64,000 nt of DNA from a virus: the IMG/VR virus record IMGVR_UViG_3300020473_002209, positions 1-64,000 of that record. The stretch is one strand, 5' to 3'. The notes below the pieces were generated by a model. It searched no databases and had not been told where the DNA came from. It saw nothing but the letters and a program-made list of their open reading frames with translations. Below are positions 30,071 through 38,825 of the stretch, one piece after another; positions within the stretch are counted from its first letter, which is position 1; every line of letters starts with the position of its first letter. The translations under genes were made by a program, and so were the position numbers.

Positions 30071-30495
30071 TGGCGAAAATATCTCGTGATATGTTGAAAG
30101 CTGTAGTAAAGGAATGTCTTTTTGAGATTTTGCTGGAATCTACTGGTGAACCTAAAGGGTCTTTGATGGAGGCTCGTAAGCCTTCACCTAAGAAAAGAAG
30201 CTCAAGAGCAAGAACATCTCGTCCTGCTCTTGATTCAATATCTTTTAATAGCAAACCTTCGAAGCCAGAGGTTCGTCCACTCGACGTTAGTGGCATCACC
30301 TCAGACCCTGTAATGGCTTCAATATTTCAAGACACCGCGCAGACAACTTTGGTTGAACAAGCAGAAGCGGAGCGCGGTCGACCGGGTCAACCTACGGGTC
30401 CAGGAATTCCTCTTGACAGTGGAGTTGGAGCCGACGGATTAGGAGAAGCCTCAAAAAATTGGGCTTATCTCGCTTTTCATGATAAATCTGAGTAA
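30070..30495 (+). CDS. Small head-associated protein
   Basis: Real start is probably ATG 30070 (TAATG coupling, AGGA RBS), not 29989. N-terminus KISRDMLKAVVKECLFEILLE. Confidence 0.7.
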   Translation: MAKISRDMLKAVVKECLFEILLESTGEPKGSLMEARKPSPKKRSSRARTSRPALDSISFNSKPSKPEVRPLDVSGITSDPVMASIFQDTAQTTLVEQAEAERGRPGQPTGPGIPLDSGVGADGLGEASKNWAYLAFHDKSE

Positions 30496-30545
30496 AGAAA
30501 CAACTTGTTCGAAATACATAGAAGTATAGTCTGGAGGAAATCACA

Positions 30546-30818
30546 ATGGCTAAGAAAATCAAATTAACACCCGCTCTTTTGAGAAAGCTCGTTATGGAAG
30601 AAAAAAAGAAGATCCAAGAGTCACTAGAGCAGGGCGAAGAGAGTGTTGAAAAAGTAGATGCAGTAGAAGTAGAAGCGGGCGAGTACGCTGATTCTCTCGA
30701 AAAAGATATCGATCATATTGCAGCTCTAAAAATTCAAGAGCGTATACTTAAGAGAAAGTACGCAAAAGTTCAAGAAGCGAAAAAGCGTCTTGTTCGTAGA
30801 GTGAAAAAGAGTCGATAA
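30546..30818 (+). CDS. Small head-associated coiled-coil protein
   Basis: GGAGG RBS; KIKLTPALLRKLVMEE; ATACATA motif variant at 30514. Confidence 0.75.
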   Translation: MAKKIKLTPALLRKLVMEEKKKIQESLEQGEESVEKVDAVEVEAGEYADSLEKDIDHIAALKIQERILKRKYAKVQEAKKRLVRRVKKSR

Positions 30819-30847
30819 TCTTACCAATTTAATTTAGGAGTAAATAA

Positions 30848-31330
30848 ATGCCCACACATACACAAACAATCGTAGAAACGCTACCGACCGAACAAGGTAT
30901 GGGTACAACTGGTACCGCAACCGTTCAGGCTTGTTTCCCTGCATCACCTATGTATTCCGGTGATATAACTGATGATGAACGGAAAGCGCTTTTTACAGAG
31001 TTAGTTTTATCTCCAGTAGTGAATGATGGTGGTCATACATTCGGTGAATTTAACCGTGATTTTGTTGACGCTCCTAACATTGCTGATGTCGAGTGGGGTG
31101 GAGGCGGACTCCCGGGTAGCCCATACACTCCTAACCCTGTATCTCCTGGTCCAGGTAGCATTAATGCTTCTGACCAAGCTGATCCTCCAGATGGCTGGGG
31201 ACAAACCCCACCCGAACAATGGGGTACAGGTGTAGGCTCACAGTTACAGCCCAGCGAAAGCTCTGCTCAGCAGTCTGGCGGAACTCTTGGTGACTATGTC
31301 ATGGGTAAGGCTTGGGGTACTAATTCTTAA
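30848..31330 (+). CDS. Pro/Gly-rich hypothetical protein
   Basis: AGGAG RBS; 160 aa. Confidence 0.75.
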   Translation: MPTHTQTIVETLPTEQGMGTTGTATVQACFPASPMYSGDITDDERKALFTELVLSPVVNDGGHTFGEFNRDFVDAPNIADVEWGGGGLPGSPYTPNPVSPGPGSINASDQADPPDGWGQTPPEQWGTGVGSQLQPSESSAQQSGGTLGDYVMGKAWGTNS

Positions 31331-31932
31331 TGGGCGTAACGCCAGGTAATCCAGATAGTCCGATAAGCATCGGCCGTAGAAGGGGAAGTAATCTAGATCA
31401 TAGAGACGACCTCGGCTACGGCCGAGTTTCTTCTAAATTCCATGAGCCTCGAGTAAAGGGCTCTGTGTATCCTTACATCGATGAAGACGAATATGATGAA
31501 GAGATCGATTTAGGTTTAGAGATCGATATATTGGACAAAATTATAAACAAGTTTGCGACCCCTTACAAGAGCGATGATTCTTTAATAGGTCGATCCGCTG
31601 ACCACAATGCAAAGGTTGATGGAAATAAACCACTTGCCCCCGTGCAGCAAGAGATTGCTACCGCTAAAGGAATGGTCCCTTTTCCAGCGATGTATAAGAA
31701 AAGGATACAAGTGGGGGGCGGAGTAGCTGGTGGCGGCACACGATATGTCCGAGGTTCCGATAGGGTGAAGACCGGTACTTGGGATGGATATTCGCATGCT
31801 CCAGAAGAGCTCGGCGGGCCAGAAGGTGTGAATGTTACTTTCGATGAATATATTAACGATGAAGAAGATGCGAATATTGTAAAGCTACGCAAAGTAGTTC
31901 GAGGAATACTTGACCAACAAGAGGAAGCGTAG
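31330..31932 (+). CDS. Hypothetical head-region protein
   Basis: TAATG coupling; C-terminal KLRKVVRGILDQQEE. Confidence 0.7.
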   Translation: MGVTPGNPDSPISIGRRRGSNLDHRDDLGYGRVSSKFHEPRVKGSVYPYIDEDEYDEEIDLGLEIDILDKIINKFATPYKSDDSLIGRSADHNAKVDGNKPLAPVQQEIATAKGMVPFPAMYKKRIQVGGGVAGGGTRYVRGSDRVKTGTWDGYSHAPEELGGPEGVNVTFDEYINDEEDANIVKLRKVVRGILDQQEEA

Positions 31933-31967
31933 AAATTACAAATGTAGGAAATCTCGCTTTGTCCGCA

Positions 31968-31974
31968 ATACTTA
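31968..31974 (+). promoter_or_regulatory. Putative late promoter (ATACTTA) for the scaffold-capsid transcript
   Basis: Intergenic; starts 37 nt before ATG 32005. Confidence 0.65.
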
Positions 31975-32004
31975 ACTGTAAGTGCACACAACTAAGGTGG
32001 ATTC

Positions 32005-33495
32005 ATGTCGACAAATCTTTATAAAGAGGCGATAGCAGAAGCGCAGCAGCTAAAGCTGCTTGCTGAGCAAAATGCCAAAAATAAAATTATAGAGGCACTC
32101 ACACCGCGCATTCAAGCGATGGTGGAGTCCCAATTGTTATCAGAGCAGGAAGAAATCCAGCTAGTCGATGTCGAAGGACCGATAGCTGATGTGGTTTCTG
32201 ATGAACTAATAGATGATGAAGAGGGAGAAGTTGAATCTTCCATTCATATTGATAATGCCGACGGCGTTGTCAATCTTACTGTATCTGAAACATTTCAAAA
32301 GAATTTGGGAGAGTTAAAGGCCCAATATACAAACTCTACGTCTTCCGATCGTAATAAGCTAGCCGAAAGAATTGCAAGGCTTCGTGGGAAGGTTAGGAGA
32401 ATGGATGCATTGCTGAACGGTTTAAACGCAAATGCATTATCCGAACAGCAAAAGTCTGTAATTAAAAAGTCATACCAAAAATTGTTGGCAGAAGCCGTAA
32501 CTTTACGCTCAGAGGCAATAGTTAACTCTAGCAATAAGAGTCAGGGCAACCGTCTAGCAATATTCGAAACACTTAAGGAGATGAATATAATGACTAACAA
32601 ACGCAGCCGCGCCATCTTCAACCAACTTTTTGAAGCTGGACTCGGCGAATTAGATGAAATGGAATTGGTGCTCAGTGATGAGGACCTCGAAGCCCTTGGT
32701 GTTGAAGACGCTGAAGAGGCTGATGTTGATGCTCTAGACCTTGAGCTCGTCGCCGATGTCGGTGAGGACGAAGAAGTTGAAGGCGAGGAAGAGGAAGCTG
32801 AAGGTGAGGAAGAGGAAGCTGAGGGCGAGGAAGAGGAAGAAGTTGCTCTTGACCTTGGTGAGGTTTTCGAAATCGATCCCCGCATGCTGAAGATGGAGCT
32901 TCGTAAGCTTCGTAGAATGCGTGAAGCTACTGAAGGAAGTGTCGAAGCTACCGATATGGCTGACCAGTTTGGCGGCGGAGAAGTTGAGGACGAGTCTTTC
33001 ATCGATGTTGATGAAGATGATCTCTTGAACGCTCTTGCTGATGAGCTTGGTGATCCTGGTGTTCCCACCCCAACTGTAGAGTCTCGTCGCCGCCGCGCTA
33101 GAGCAAGCCGTCGTAGAAGAATGGCCGAAAGACGTTCAGGTCGCCGTGCAACAAACTCAACAACTCGTGAGAACCGCGCTCTTAAGCAGCAGCTCTCCGA
33201 AATGAACCTTTTTAACGCAAAACTGCTTTATGTGAATAAACTGATGCAAAATCGTAATGTAAGTTCTAAGCAACAGCGTGCCATAGTCGAGGCCCTTGAT
33301 AATGCCAAGACAATCCGTGAAGCTAAGCTAGTGTACGAAAGTATTACTCGCTCACTTAACAAGAAGTCCCTTTCAGAGGGCAAGAGAAGAGTTCTTGGAT
33401 CTTCTAGTAAGCCAACTCGCAGAGGCTCTGCCGCTGTAAATGAGTCTGGCCAGACAGATCGATGGGCACGACTCGCTGGTATTAAAAACAAATAG
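32005..33495 (+). CDS. Prohead scaffolding/core protein (gp22-like position)
   Basis: Directly upstream of the capsid gene. LYKEAIAEA..LK..A..NAK start, acidic middle, C-terminal LSEMNLFNAKLLYVNKL...RWARLAGI. Confidence 0.8.
   Translation: MSTNLYKEAIAEAQQLKLLAEQNAKNKIIEALTPRIQAMVESQLLSEQEEIQLVDVEGPIADVVSDELIDDEEGEVESSIHIDNADGVVNLTVSETFQKNLGELKAQYTNSTSSDRNKLAERIARLRGKVRRMDALLNGLNANALSEQQKSVIKKSYQKLLAEAVTLRSEAIVNSSNKSQGNRLAIFETLKEMNIMTNKRSRAIFNQLFEAGLGELDEMELVLSDEDLEALGVEDAEEADVDALDLELVADVGEDEEVEGEEEEAEGEEEEAEGEEEEEVALDLGEVFEIDPRMLKMELRKLRRMREATEGSVEATDMADQFGGGEVEDESFIDVDEDDLLNALADELGDPGVPTPTVESRRRRARASRRRRMAERRSGRRATNSTTRENRALKQQLSEMNLFNAKLLYVNKLMQNRNVSSKQQRAIVEALDNAKTIREAKLVYESITRSLNKKSLSEGKRRVLGSSSKPTRRGSAAVNESGQTDRWARLAGIKNK
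32779..32841 (+). repeat. Three 21-nt tandem units encoding EGEEEEA
   Basis: gaaggcgaggaagaggaagct / gaaggtgaggaagaggaagct / gagggcgaggaagaggaagaa. Confidence 0.85.
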
Positions 33496-33523
33496 ACGCT
33501 AATCTTTAAAGGAGAAAAAGAAA

Positions 33524-35431
33524 ATGTCAAAGAAGTTCACACTTGACACACTGACGGAAGGTATCCGTCAACGTCACCAAGGCGAATCTAACAAGCGCCT
33601 TACCGAAAAGTGGGCTCGGACTGGTCTTCTTAGGGGTCTCGAGAGCGTCCATCGTGAAAACATGGCAACGTTGCTCGAGAACCAAGCTGGTCAGATCCTT
33701 CGTGAGCAAAACACCCTTGGTGGTGGTGGTCTCACACCTGCTGCAGCTTCCGGAGATATCCGGGGCTTCACTAACATCGCTTTCCCAATCGTCCGTCGAG
33801 TCTTCGGTGGTTTGGTTGCTAACGAGTTAGTCTCAATCCAACCTATGAGCCTTCCTTCCGGACTGCTCTTCTATCTTGACTACACCTACGGCACAAACGT
33901 CGGTGGTACTGTCGACGGTTCAGCTGGCGCTGATACCAGAAACACGTACGACGCTGGTCAGTCAATTTATAATAACCCCGCGGGAATGGGCGTTCGCTCC
34001 GGTTCTCTTGGTACCGGTGGTCAGTATGACCTTGCTGGTTCTGGTTATTCTCGTGTCCACACTGGTTCAGACAGCGGTAACGCCGGTGCATCTTGGATCC
34101 TGAACGCATTCGTTCTTGGTACAAGCTCTGCTCAAAGTCGTTCATCCACCATTTCTGGTGGTGCTGGTTCAACCGGTGCAGACGGTCGTTTCCTTCAGTT
34201 TGACCCACAGGTTACACAGAAGATTGATGATGATAGCAACCCTTACTTCTTCGCTACCGTCCCGCTTGGTGCTCTTGGCTCCAACCTTGACGTAACAGCT
34301 GTTAAGGAAATTGCACTCTTCCATACTGGTACTGTACAAGGTGACCTCGCTACTTTTGGTGAGACATTCCAGGGCGGTCAGGGAGTTTACAACCTTCGTC
34401 GTCTCAACCAGCTCGTTAAGTCTGGTTCTTCAAACGGTACTATCGAACCTGATCCAATGGCGACAGCTCAGAAGGCTGGTTCTGCTATTCTGATGGTTCT
34501 GTCCGGTACTTCGGTTTCAAGCGATGTTGGTGGTTGGAGAATTACCTATCCTAAGACCAACTCACTGAATGTTGATTCTAGTGATGGTGACACTCTTGTC
34601 GTTCCCGTCTTCGAGTCCAACTTCAGCCAGACAAACGCACAGCCTCAGATTCCTGAGATTGACATCAAGATCGAAGCGATCTCGGTTGTCGCTCAGACTC
34701 GTAAGCTTCGCGCTCGTTGGTCACCAGAACTCGCACAGGACTTGAACGCTTACCACAGCCTTGACGCTGAGGTTGAGCTTACTCAAATCCTCTCTGAGCA
34801 GATTGCTCTTGAGATCGACCGCGAGATCCTCAACGACCTCCTTATGCAGGCCGATACGAACTACTACTGGAGCCGTAAGCCCGGCGACTTCGTCAACAAG
34901 AAGTCTGGTGCTGCTGCTGTCAAGGCATCTTCCCTCGCTGGTGGACCCGCCTTTACCGGTACTGTTCGCGAATGGTACGAGACTCTTGTCGAGACCATTA
35001 TCGATGTTGCTAACGAGATTCACCGTAAGACCCTTCGTGGTTCTGCAAACTTCATCGTTGTTTCCCCTGATGTTGCTACTGTCCTTGAAGCCTCCGTGCT
35101 TTACAAGCCAGTCTACAGCATCGACGGCGACGGTCAAGTTGCTCCCGGTATGAGTCTTGGAGCCGAGAAGGTTGGTACACTGAGCAACCGCTTCACAGTC
35201 TACAAGGACCCCTACTTCCCACGCAACAAGATTCTTGTTGGGTACAAGGGTGGTAGCTACCTCGAGACTGGGTATGTATACGCTCCTTACGTGCCACTGA
35301 TCGTTACTCCTACTATCTTCGCTCCCGAAGACTTCACTCCTCGCAAGGGTGTGATGACTCGGTACGGTAAGAAGATGGTGCGTTCCGACTTCTACGGAAC
35401 AGTAACATGCCTTGGTATGGACGTCATCTAA
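33524..35431 (+). CDS. gp23: Major capsid protein (T4 gp23-like)
   Basis: MATLLENQ, FPIVRRVF, VSIQPMSLPSGLLFYLD, TRKLRARWSPELAQDLNAYH.LDAEVELT.ILSEQIALEIDREIL, YAPYVPL, F.PRKGVMTRY; strong codon bias; AAAGGAG RBS. Confidence 0.97.
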   Translation: MSKKFTLDTLTEGIRQRHQGESNKRLTEKWARTGLLRGLESVHRENMATLLENQAGQILREQNTLGGGGLTPAAASGDIRGFTNIAFPIVRRVFGGLVANELVSIQPMSLPSGLLFYLDYTYGTNVGGTVDGSAGADTRNTYDAGQSIYNNPAGMGVRSGSLGTGGQYDLAGSGYSRVHTGSDSGNAGASWILNAFVLGTSSAQSRSSTISGGAGSTGADGRFLQFDPQVTQKIDDDSNPYFFATVPLGALGSNLDVTAVKEIALFHTGTVQGDLATFGETFQGGQGVYNLRRLNQLVKSGSSNGTIEPDPMATAQKAGSAILMVLSGTSVSSDVGGWRITYPKTNSLNVDSSDGDTLVVPVFESNFSQTNAQPQIPEIDIKIEAISVVAQTRKLRARWSPELAQDLNAYHSLDAEVELTQILSEQIALEIDREILNDLLMQADTNYYWSRKPGDFVNKKSGAAAVKASSLAGGPAFTGTVREWYETLVETIIDVANEIHRKTLRGSANFIVVSPDVATVLEASVLYKPVYSIDGDGQVAPGMSLGAEKVGTLSNRFTVYKDPYFPRNKILVGYKGGSYLETGYVYAPYVPLIVTPTIFAPEDFTPRKGVMTRYGKKMVRSDFYGTVTCLGMDVI

Positions 35432-35457
35432 TCTGATTAGACGAAGTCAAAATATTC

Positions 35458-35490
35458 AGGGGCGGTCCTTTCGGGGTCCGCCCCTTTTAT
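35458..35490 (+). terminator. Rho-independent terminator after the capsid gene
   Basis: AGGGGCGG...TTCG...CCGCCCCT followed by TTT. Confidence 0.88.
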
Positions 35491-35514
35491 TATGTCAAAT
35501 CTGAAGCTCACATC

Positions 35515-35521
35515 ATACTTA
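35515..35521 (+). promoter_or_regulatory. Putative late promoter (ATACTTA)
   Basis: Lies just downstream of the capsid terminator and upstream of a structured leader. Confidence 0.65.
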
Positions 35522-35588
35522 AGTGTTAGCACGGTGCATGCATAATGACTGACCCCACCGGTCGCATCGACGTCTGTGGACTAACATT
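35522..35588 (+). ncRNA. Candidate structured RNA (nested stem-loop 5' leader)
   Basis: AGTGTTAG/CTAACATT, CACGG/CTGTG, ATGC/GCAT and GACTG/CGGTC pair in nested order around loop ACCCCAC. Confidence 0.5.
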
Positions 35589-35609
35589 CCAACTTAAAGG
35601 AGAAAAATT

Positions 35610-36056
35610 ATGCCTTCAATTAAAGTAACCCCTACGAAGGGTTTATTTCAGAGAGGTGGGACAACTACTATTCCCAACGGCACCCTCTCTGGACACAAGC
35701 AAGTTTGCTTGGCGAAGTCATCTGCTTATACTTTGACACAAGCTGATTGCGGATCAGTGATTACAGTCACAGGTACTACGACGATTACGCTACCTGCCGC
35801 TAGCACCAGCAAGGGATTCCACTTCCTGCTTTTCTCTGGTGATACAGGCACGCACACATATGAATCCGCAGGGTCAAGTGATATAAGCGCTTATAACGCA
35901 CACTCGACTGCCGACAGTGGCGCGTATGTCACAAGAGCGCATGCAATTGACAGCATAGCGGTTACTGGTGACATCGGTAACAGAGTAGAATTATGGTGCA
36001 ACGGCACCTGGTGGATTGCAACAGTAATTTCCGATGCAGTCGCAACAATGTCATAA
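35610..36056 (+). CDS. Small virion protein (head decoration/fibre-like)
   Basis: AAAGGAG RBS; YTLTQADCGSVITVTGTTTITLPAA...VELWCNGTWW is a module typical of fibre tips. Confidence 0.6.
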   Translation: MPSIKVTPTKGLFQRGGTTTIPNGTLSGHKQVCLAKSSAYTLTQADCGSVITVTGTTTITLPAASTSKGFHFLLFSGDTGTHTYESAGSSDISAYNAHSTADSGAYVTRAHAIDSIAVTGDIGNRVELWCNGTWWIATVISDAVATMS

Positions 36057-36093
36057 AACATAAAAGCATAAAAAATAATAAGGAGATATAAAA

Positions 36094-36486
36094 ATGCCAA
36101 AGATTCATTTAGACCCCACTTTAAAGGGGATTGAAATTAAAGAAAAGAACGCTGGAGTGGATGCAAAATTCGTCCAGGGTGATACAAGGGTCAGAAGCTC
36201 GCTGCAAACCTTAAGTGGTAATGGCGAGACAATTACTGTTTTAGATAAGGGTATGGTCATCCGCATTGATGCTGGAGGCGGTGCGCGCACAGGCACGATC
36301 CTGCAACAGGGTTCTGTTGACGGCCAGATCATAATTCTTGTTAATGTCGGGGGTGAAAAAATCACCATGGCTGCCGCAGGAACTTCTAATGTCGCATCCG
36401 GAACAGGGTGTGCTATAGACACTGGTACATCTTACCTTTGTGTTTACGACTCAACAGTCGGTGATTGGTTCCCTGCAGAGACTTGA
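36094..36486 (+). CDS. Small virion protein (fibre-like)
   Basis: AAGGAG RBS; GSVDGQIIILVNVG...LCVYDSTVGDW; N-terminus MPKIHLDPTLKG resembles MPSIKVTPTKG of 35610. Confidence 0.6.
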   Translation: MPKIHLDPTLKGIEIKEKNAGVDAKFVQGDTRVRSSLQTLSGNGETITVLDKGMVIRIDAGGGARTGTILQQGSVDGQIIILVNVGGEKITMAAAGTSNVASGTGCAIDTGTSYLCVYDSTVGDWFPAET

Positions 36487-36512
36487 TATTTAAGCCTTTG
36501 TATCCAATATTC

Positions 36513-36543
36513 AAATGCCACCTTTCGGGGTGGCATTTTTTTT
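36513..36543 (+). terminator. Rho-independent terminator
   Basis: AAATGCCACC-TTTCGG-GGTGGCATTT followed by a T run. Confidence 0.9.
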
Positions 36544-36545
36544 AC

Positions 36546-36573
36546 TTTACTGTTTGAATTGTTGTGTTATATT
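36546..36573 (+). promoter_or_regulatory. Sigma70-like promoter
   Basis: TTTACT-16-TATATT with a TG extended -10, directly after the terminator. Confidence 0.45.
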
Positions 36574-36598
36574 GTAATTCCTTGGAGGATAGAACAAC

Positions 36599-36886
36599 AT
36601 GGCAACCACTAGCAAGGCAGCAACGCCAAAGCGAACTACTAAGACAAAGTCGACAACTACAACTACTGATACGACCGCGCTTCAGGCTCAGGTTACGACT
36701 CTCCAGTCACAGGTAGAAACTTTGACTTCTCAAGTCACAAACCTAACAGCAGCGCTTGAGGGTAGAGATATTGATGGAGACGGAATTCCAGATGTCGCTG
36801 GTCTTAAGGCTCGCGTTGATAATATTGTGAATTTTTTAAAGCGTAAGTGGGGCCAAGGTCCCATGGAACAAAACGGCATTCACTAG
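36599..36886 (+). CDS. Small coiled-coil protein with DxDGDG motif
   Basis: GGAGG RBS; heptads LQAQVTTLQSQVETLTSQVTNL; DIDGDGIPD. Confidence 0.75.
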   Translation: MATTSKAATPKRTTKTKSTTTTTDTTALQAQVTTLQSQVETLTSQVTNLTAALEGRDIDGDGIPDVAGLKARVDNIVNFLKRKWGQGPMEQNGIH

Positions 36887-36940
36887 CCAAAACCGCCGTT
36901 TTTTGAAAAAAGTTCGAGAAGACATTTGTCGCCCTACATA

Positions 36941-36947
36941 ATAGTTA
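36941..36947 (+). promoter_or_regulatory. Putative late promoter (ATAGTTA)
   Basis: Starts 22 nt before the neck gene ATG. Confidence 0.65.
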
Positions 36948-36962
36948 TCAGTAGGGTGATTA

Positions 36963-38138
36963 ATGTCTTCTTTTGCTTATACTAAAAATCCAACTCCGTT
37001 TAGCTTTTTTGATACCGATACTGAGTTTCAAACAGAAGCAAATGCTATAGTTTCGTTTGTCAAGAGAAAGCTTGGTGACGATATTCTAAGCGTTGAGTTA
37101 ACAAAAAAACAAATGTGGGCCTGCTTTGAAGAGTCATTTTTAGAGTACGGCCGTATAATCAATGAAGCAGACGCAAAGTCGCAGTTGACAAATCTTCTTG
37201 GATATTCAACCGGAAGTAACAAGACGGGATTATTTCCTAAGCAGAACCTGGAATTCCTCTTACGGATGGCTGAGCCGTATTCAATGGAGGCTGGTATTGG
37301 TGGCTCATACAACGAGGTTTCTGGTTCAATCCAGCTAGAATATAAGCGGCAAGACTATAACATCTATGACGAGTTAAAAGACGGGAACGGAACCCTCATT
37401 GTATCGAGTAGCCGAAATTCGCCCCGTACTAAGATGCGCATAAAAGAAGTTTTTCACTTCAGCCCACAGGCTGCGTATAGATTTTTTGACACAACATCAG
37501 CGGTTAATTATCTTAATAATGAATTTAGCTTTGAGTCATTTACACCAGAAACTATTTTTTACGTTTTACCTGTTTTTGAAGATGTCCTGCGAGCAGGCCA
37601 AATGGACATATCAAATCGAGTGAGAAAATCAAATTATTCTTACAGAATTATTGGCGAGAAAATTAGGATTTATCCTATGCCCACCGAGCTAACTGGGTCT
37701 AGTAATCCAATGAAGCTTTGGATTCGCGTCGCATTCGCTCCTGATCCATACGATCCAGACATTCAAGATGATACGATCTATGGTACGTCCAATTTATCAA
37801 ACGTACCTTTTGGGAGGATGAGTTATAAGCATACAAATTCTGTGGGTAGACAATGGGTACGTGAATATACATTGGCGCTATGTAAAGAATTATTAGGGCA
37901 GGTCCGTTCCAAGTTTGCATCGGTACCGATTCCATCTGGGGACCTAAACCTTAATGGTACAGACTTGGTTTCGCAAGGACGCGAAGACCAGACAAGACTA
38001 AGAGACCAGTTGGTAGAATTATTAGACAGTCTTACCTATAGTAAGTTGTTAGAAGGACAAGCTACAGATGCAGAAAACATTATGAGAGCTTTAAAGGCAA
38101 TGCCGATGCCTTTGGGCAAATCCATTATCATCAAGTGA
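36963..38138 (+). CDS. Neck protein (T4 gp13-like)
   Basis: FVKRKLG...VELT..Q...CFEE; WVREYTLALCKELLGQVRSKF..VP.P...LNLNG..L. Confidence 0.85.
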   Translation: MSSFAYTKNPTPFSFFDTDTEFQTEANAIVSFVKRKLGDDILSVELTKKQMWACFEESFLEYGRIINEADAKSQLTNLLGYSTGSNKTGLFPKQNLEFLLRMAEPYSMEAGIGGSYNEVSGSIQLEYKRQDYNIYDELKDGNGTLIVSSSRNSPRTKMRIKEVFHFSPQAAYRFFDTTSAVNYLNNEFSFESFTPETIFYVLPVFEDVLRAGQMDISNRVRKSNYSYRIIGEKIRIYPMPTELTGSSNPMKLWIRVAFAPDPYDPDIQDDTIYGTSNLSNVPFGRMSYKHTNSVGRQWVREYTLALCKELLGQVRSKFASVPIPSGDLNLNGTDLVSQGREDQTRLRDQLVELLDSLTYSKLLEGQATDAENIMRALKAMPMPLGKSIIIK

Positions 38139-38149
38139 GGTTTTAGAAT

Positions 38150-38824
38150 ATGGCGAGACTTTTCATAACCCCACGCGAACAGGACTTAATTTCTGATCTC
38201 ACTAAAGAGATAATGAAAGATGTAGTAGGTCAAAAGATTTACTATTACGCTGTTCGTACTGATGTGACACACATTCATGATGTTTATGAAGAGGCCATCG
38301 ACAAATATTTCGACCCGCCCCTTGAGATTGAAGCCCAAGTTTTGTGGTCACCGCAGACTGTTATCACGAATCGTTTCGGTTCTGAGCAACTTTATACTAT
38401 CGAAGTGTATCTTCACTACAAAGACTTAATAGATAGAGATATAGACGTTCAAGAAGGAGACTATTTTTCTTACGGTGAAACGTTTTTTGAGATTACATCA
38501 TTAACATGGCAGTCTAATATCTATGGAGAAATTGAGTATATGACAGGAGTTAAGCTTCTTGGCAAGCAAGCAAGGAAAGGACTTATCGATAAGCCACCAA
38601 TCGGTCCAACTGATGAAGCATACTATCCTGGCGACCCTGACGCAATTCAACGTACGTTTATTCAGCAACGAGGTTTCGCTGAAAACGCGGAAGGCCCGAC
38701 GGGTGATAAGAGGGCCCTAATAGAGCAAGGAAAATTACAACTGCCACCTGAGCCGGCACCGGCAGAAGTATCACCAGAAGGTTCACCCGGCGAAATAAGC
38801 TCTGCTTTCTACGACGAGAGTTAA
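38150..38824 (+). CDS. Head closure/neck protein (gp14-like)
   Basis: GQKIYYY...DVYEEA..KYF; DIDVQEGDYFSYGETFFEI; position after the gp13-like gene. Confidence 0.7.
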   Translation: MARLFITPREQDLISDLTKEIMKDVVGQKIYYYAVRTDVTHIHDVYEEAIDKYFDPPLEIEAQVLWSPQTVITNRFGSEQLYTIEVYLHYKDLIDRDIDVQEGDYFSYGETFFEITSLTWQSNIYGEIEYMTGVKLLGKQARKGLIDKPPIGPTDEAYYPGDPDAIQRTFIQQRGFAENAEGPTGDKRALIEQGKLQLPPEPAPAEVSPEGSPGEISSAFYDES

Positions 38825-38825
38825 T

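Noticed and set aside
35522-35588. tRNA interpretation of the structured leader
   Set aside because: No cloverleaf, T-loop GTTC or D-loop pattern; it folds as one extended hairpin.
36486-36492. Extra ATATTTA motif
   Set aside because: It lies ~20 nt upstream of a strong terminator, so it could drive only a tiny RNA; probably chance in AT-rich DNA.
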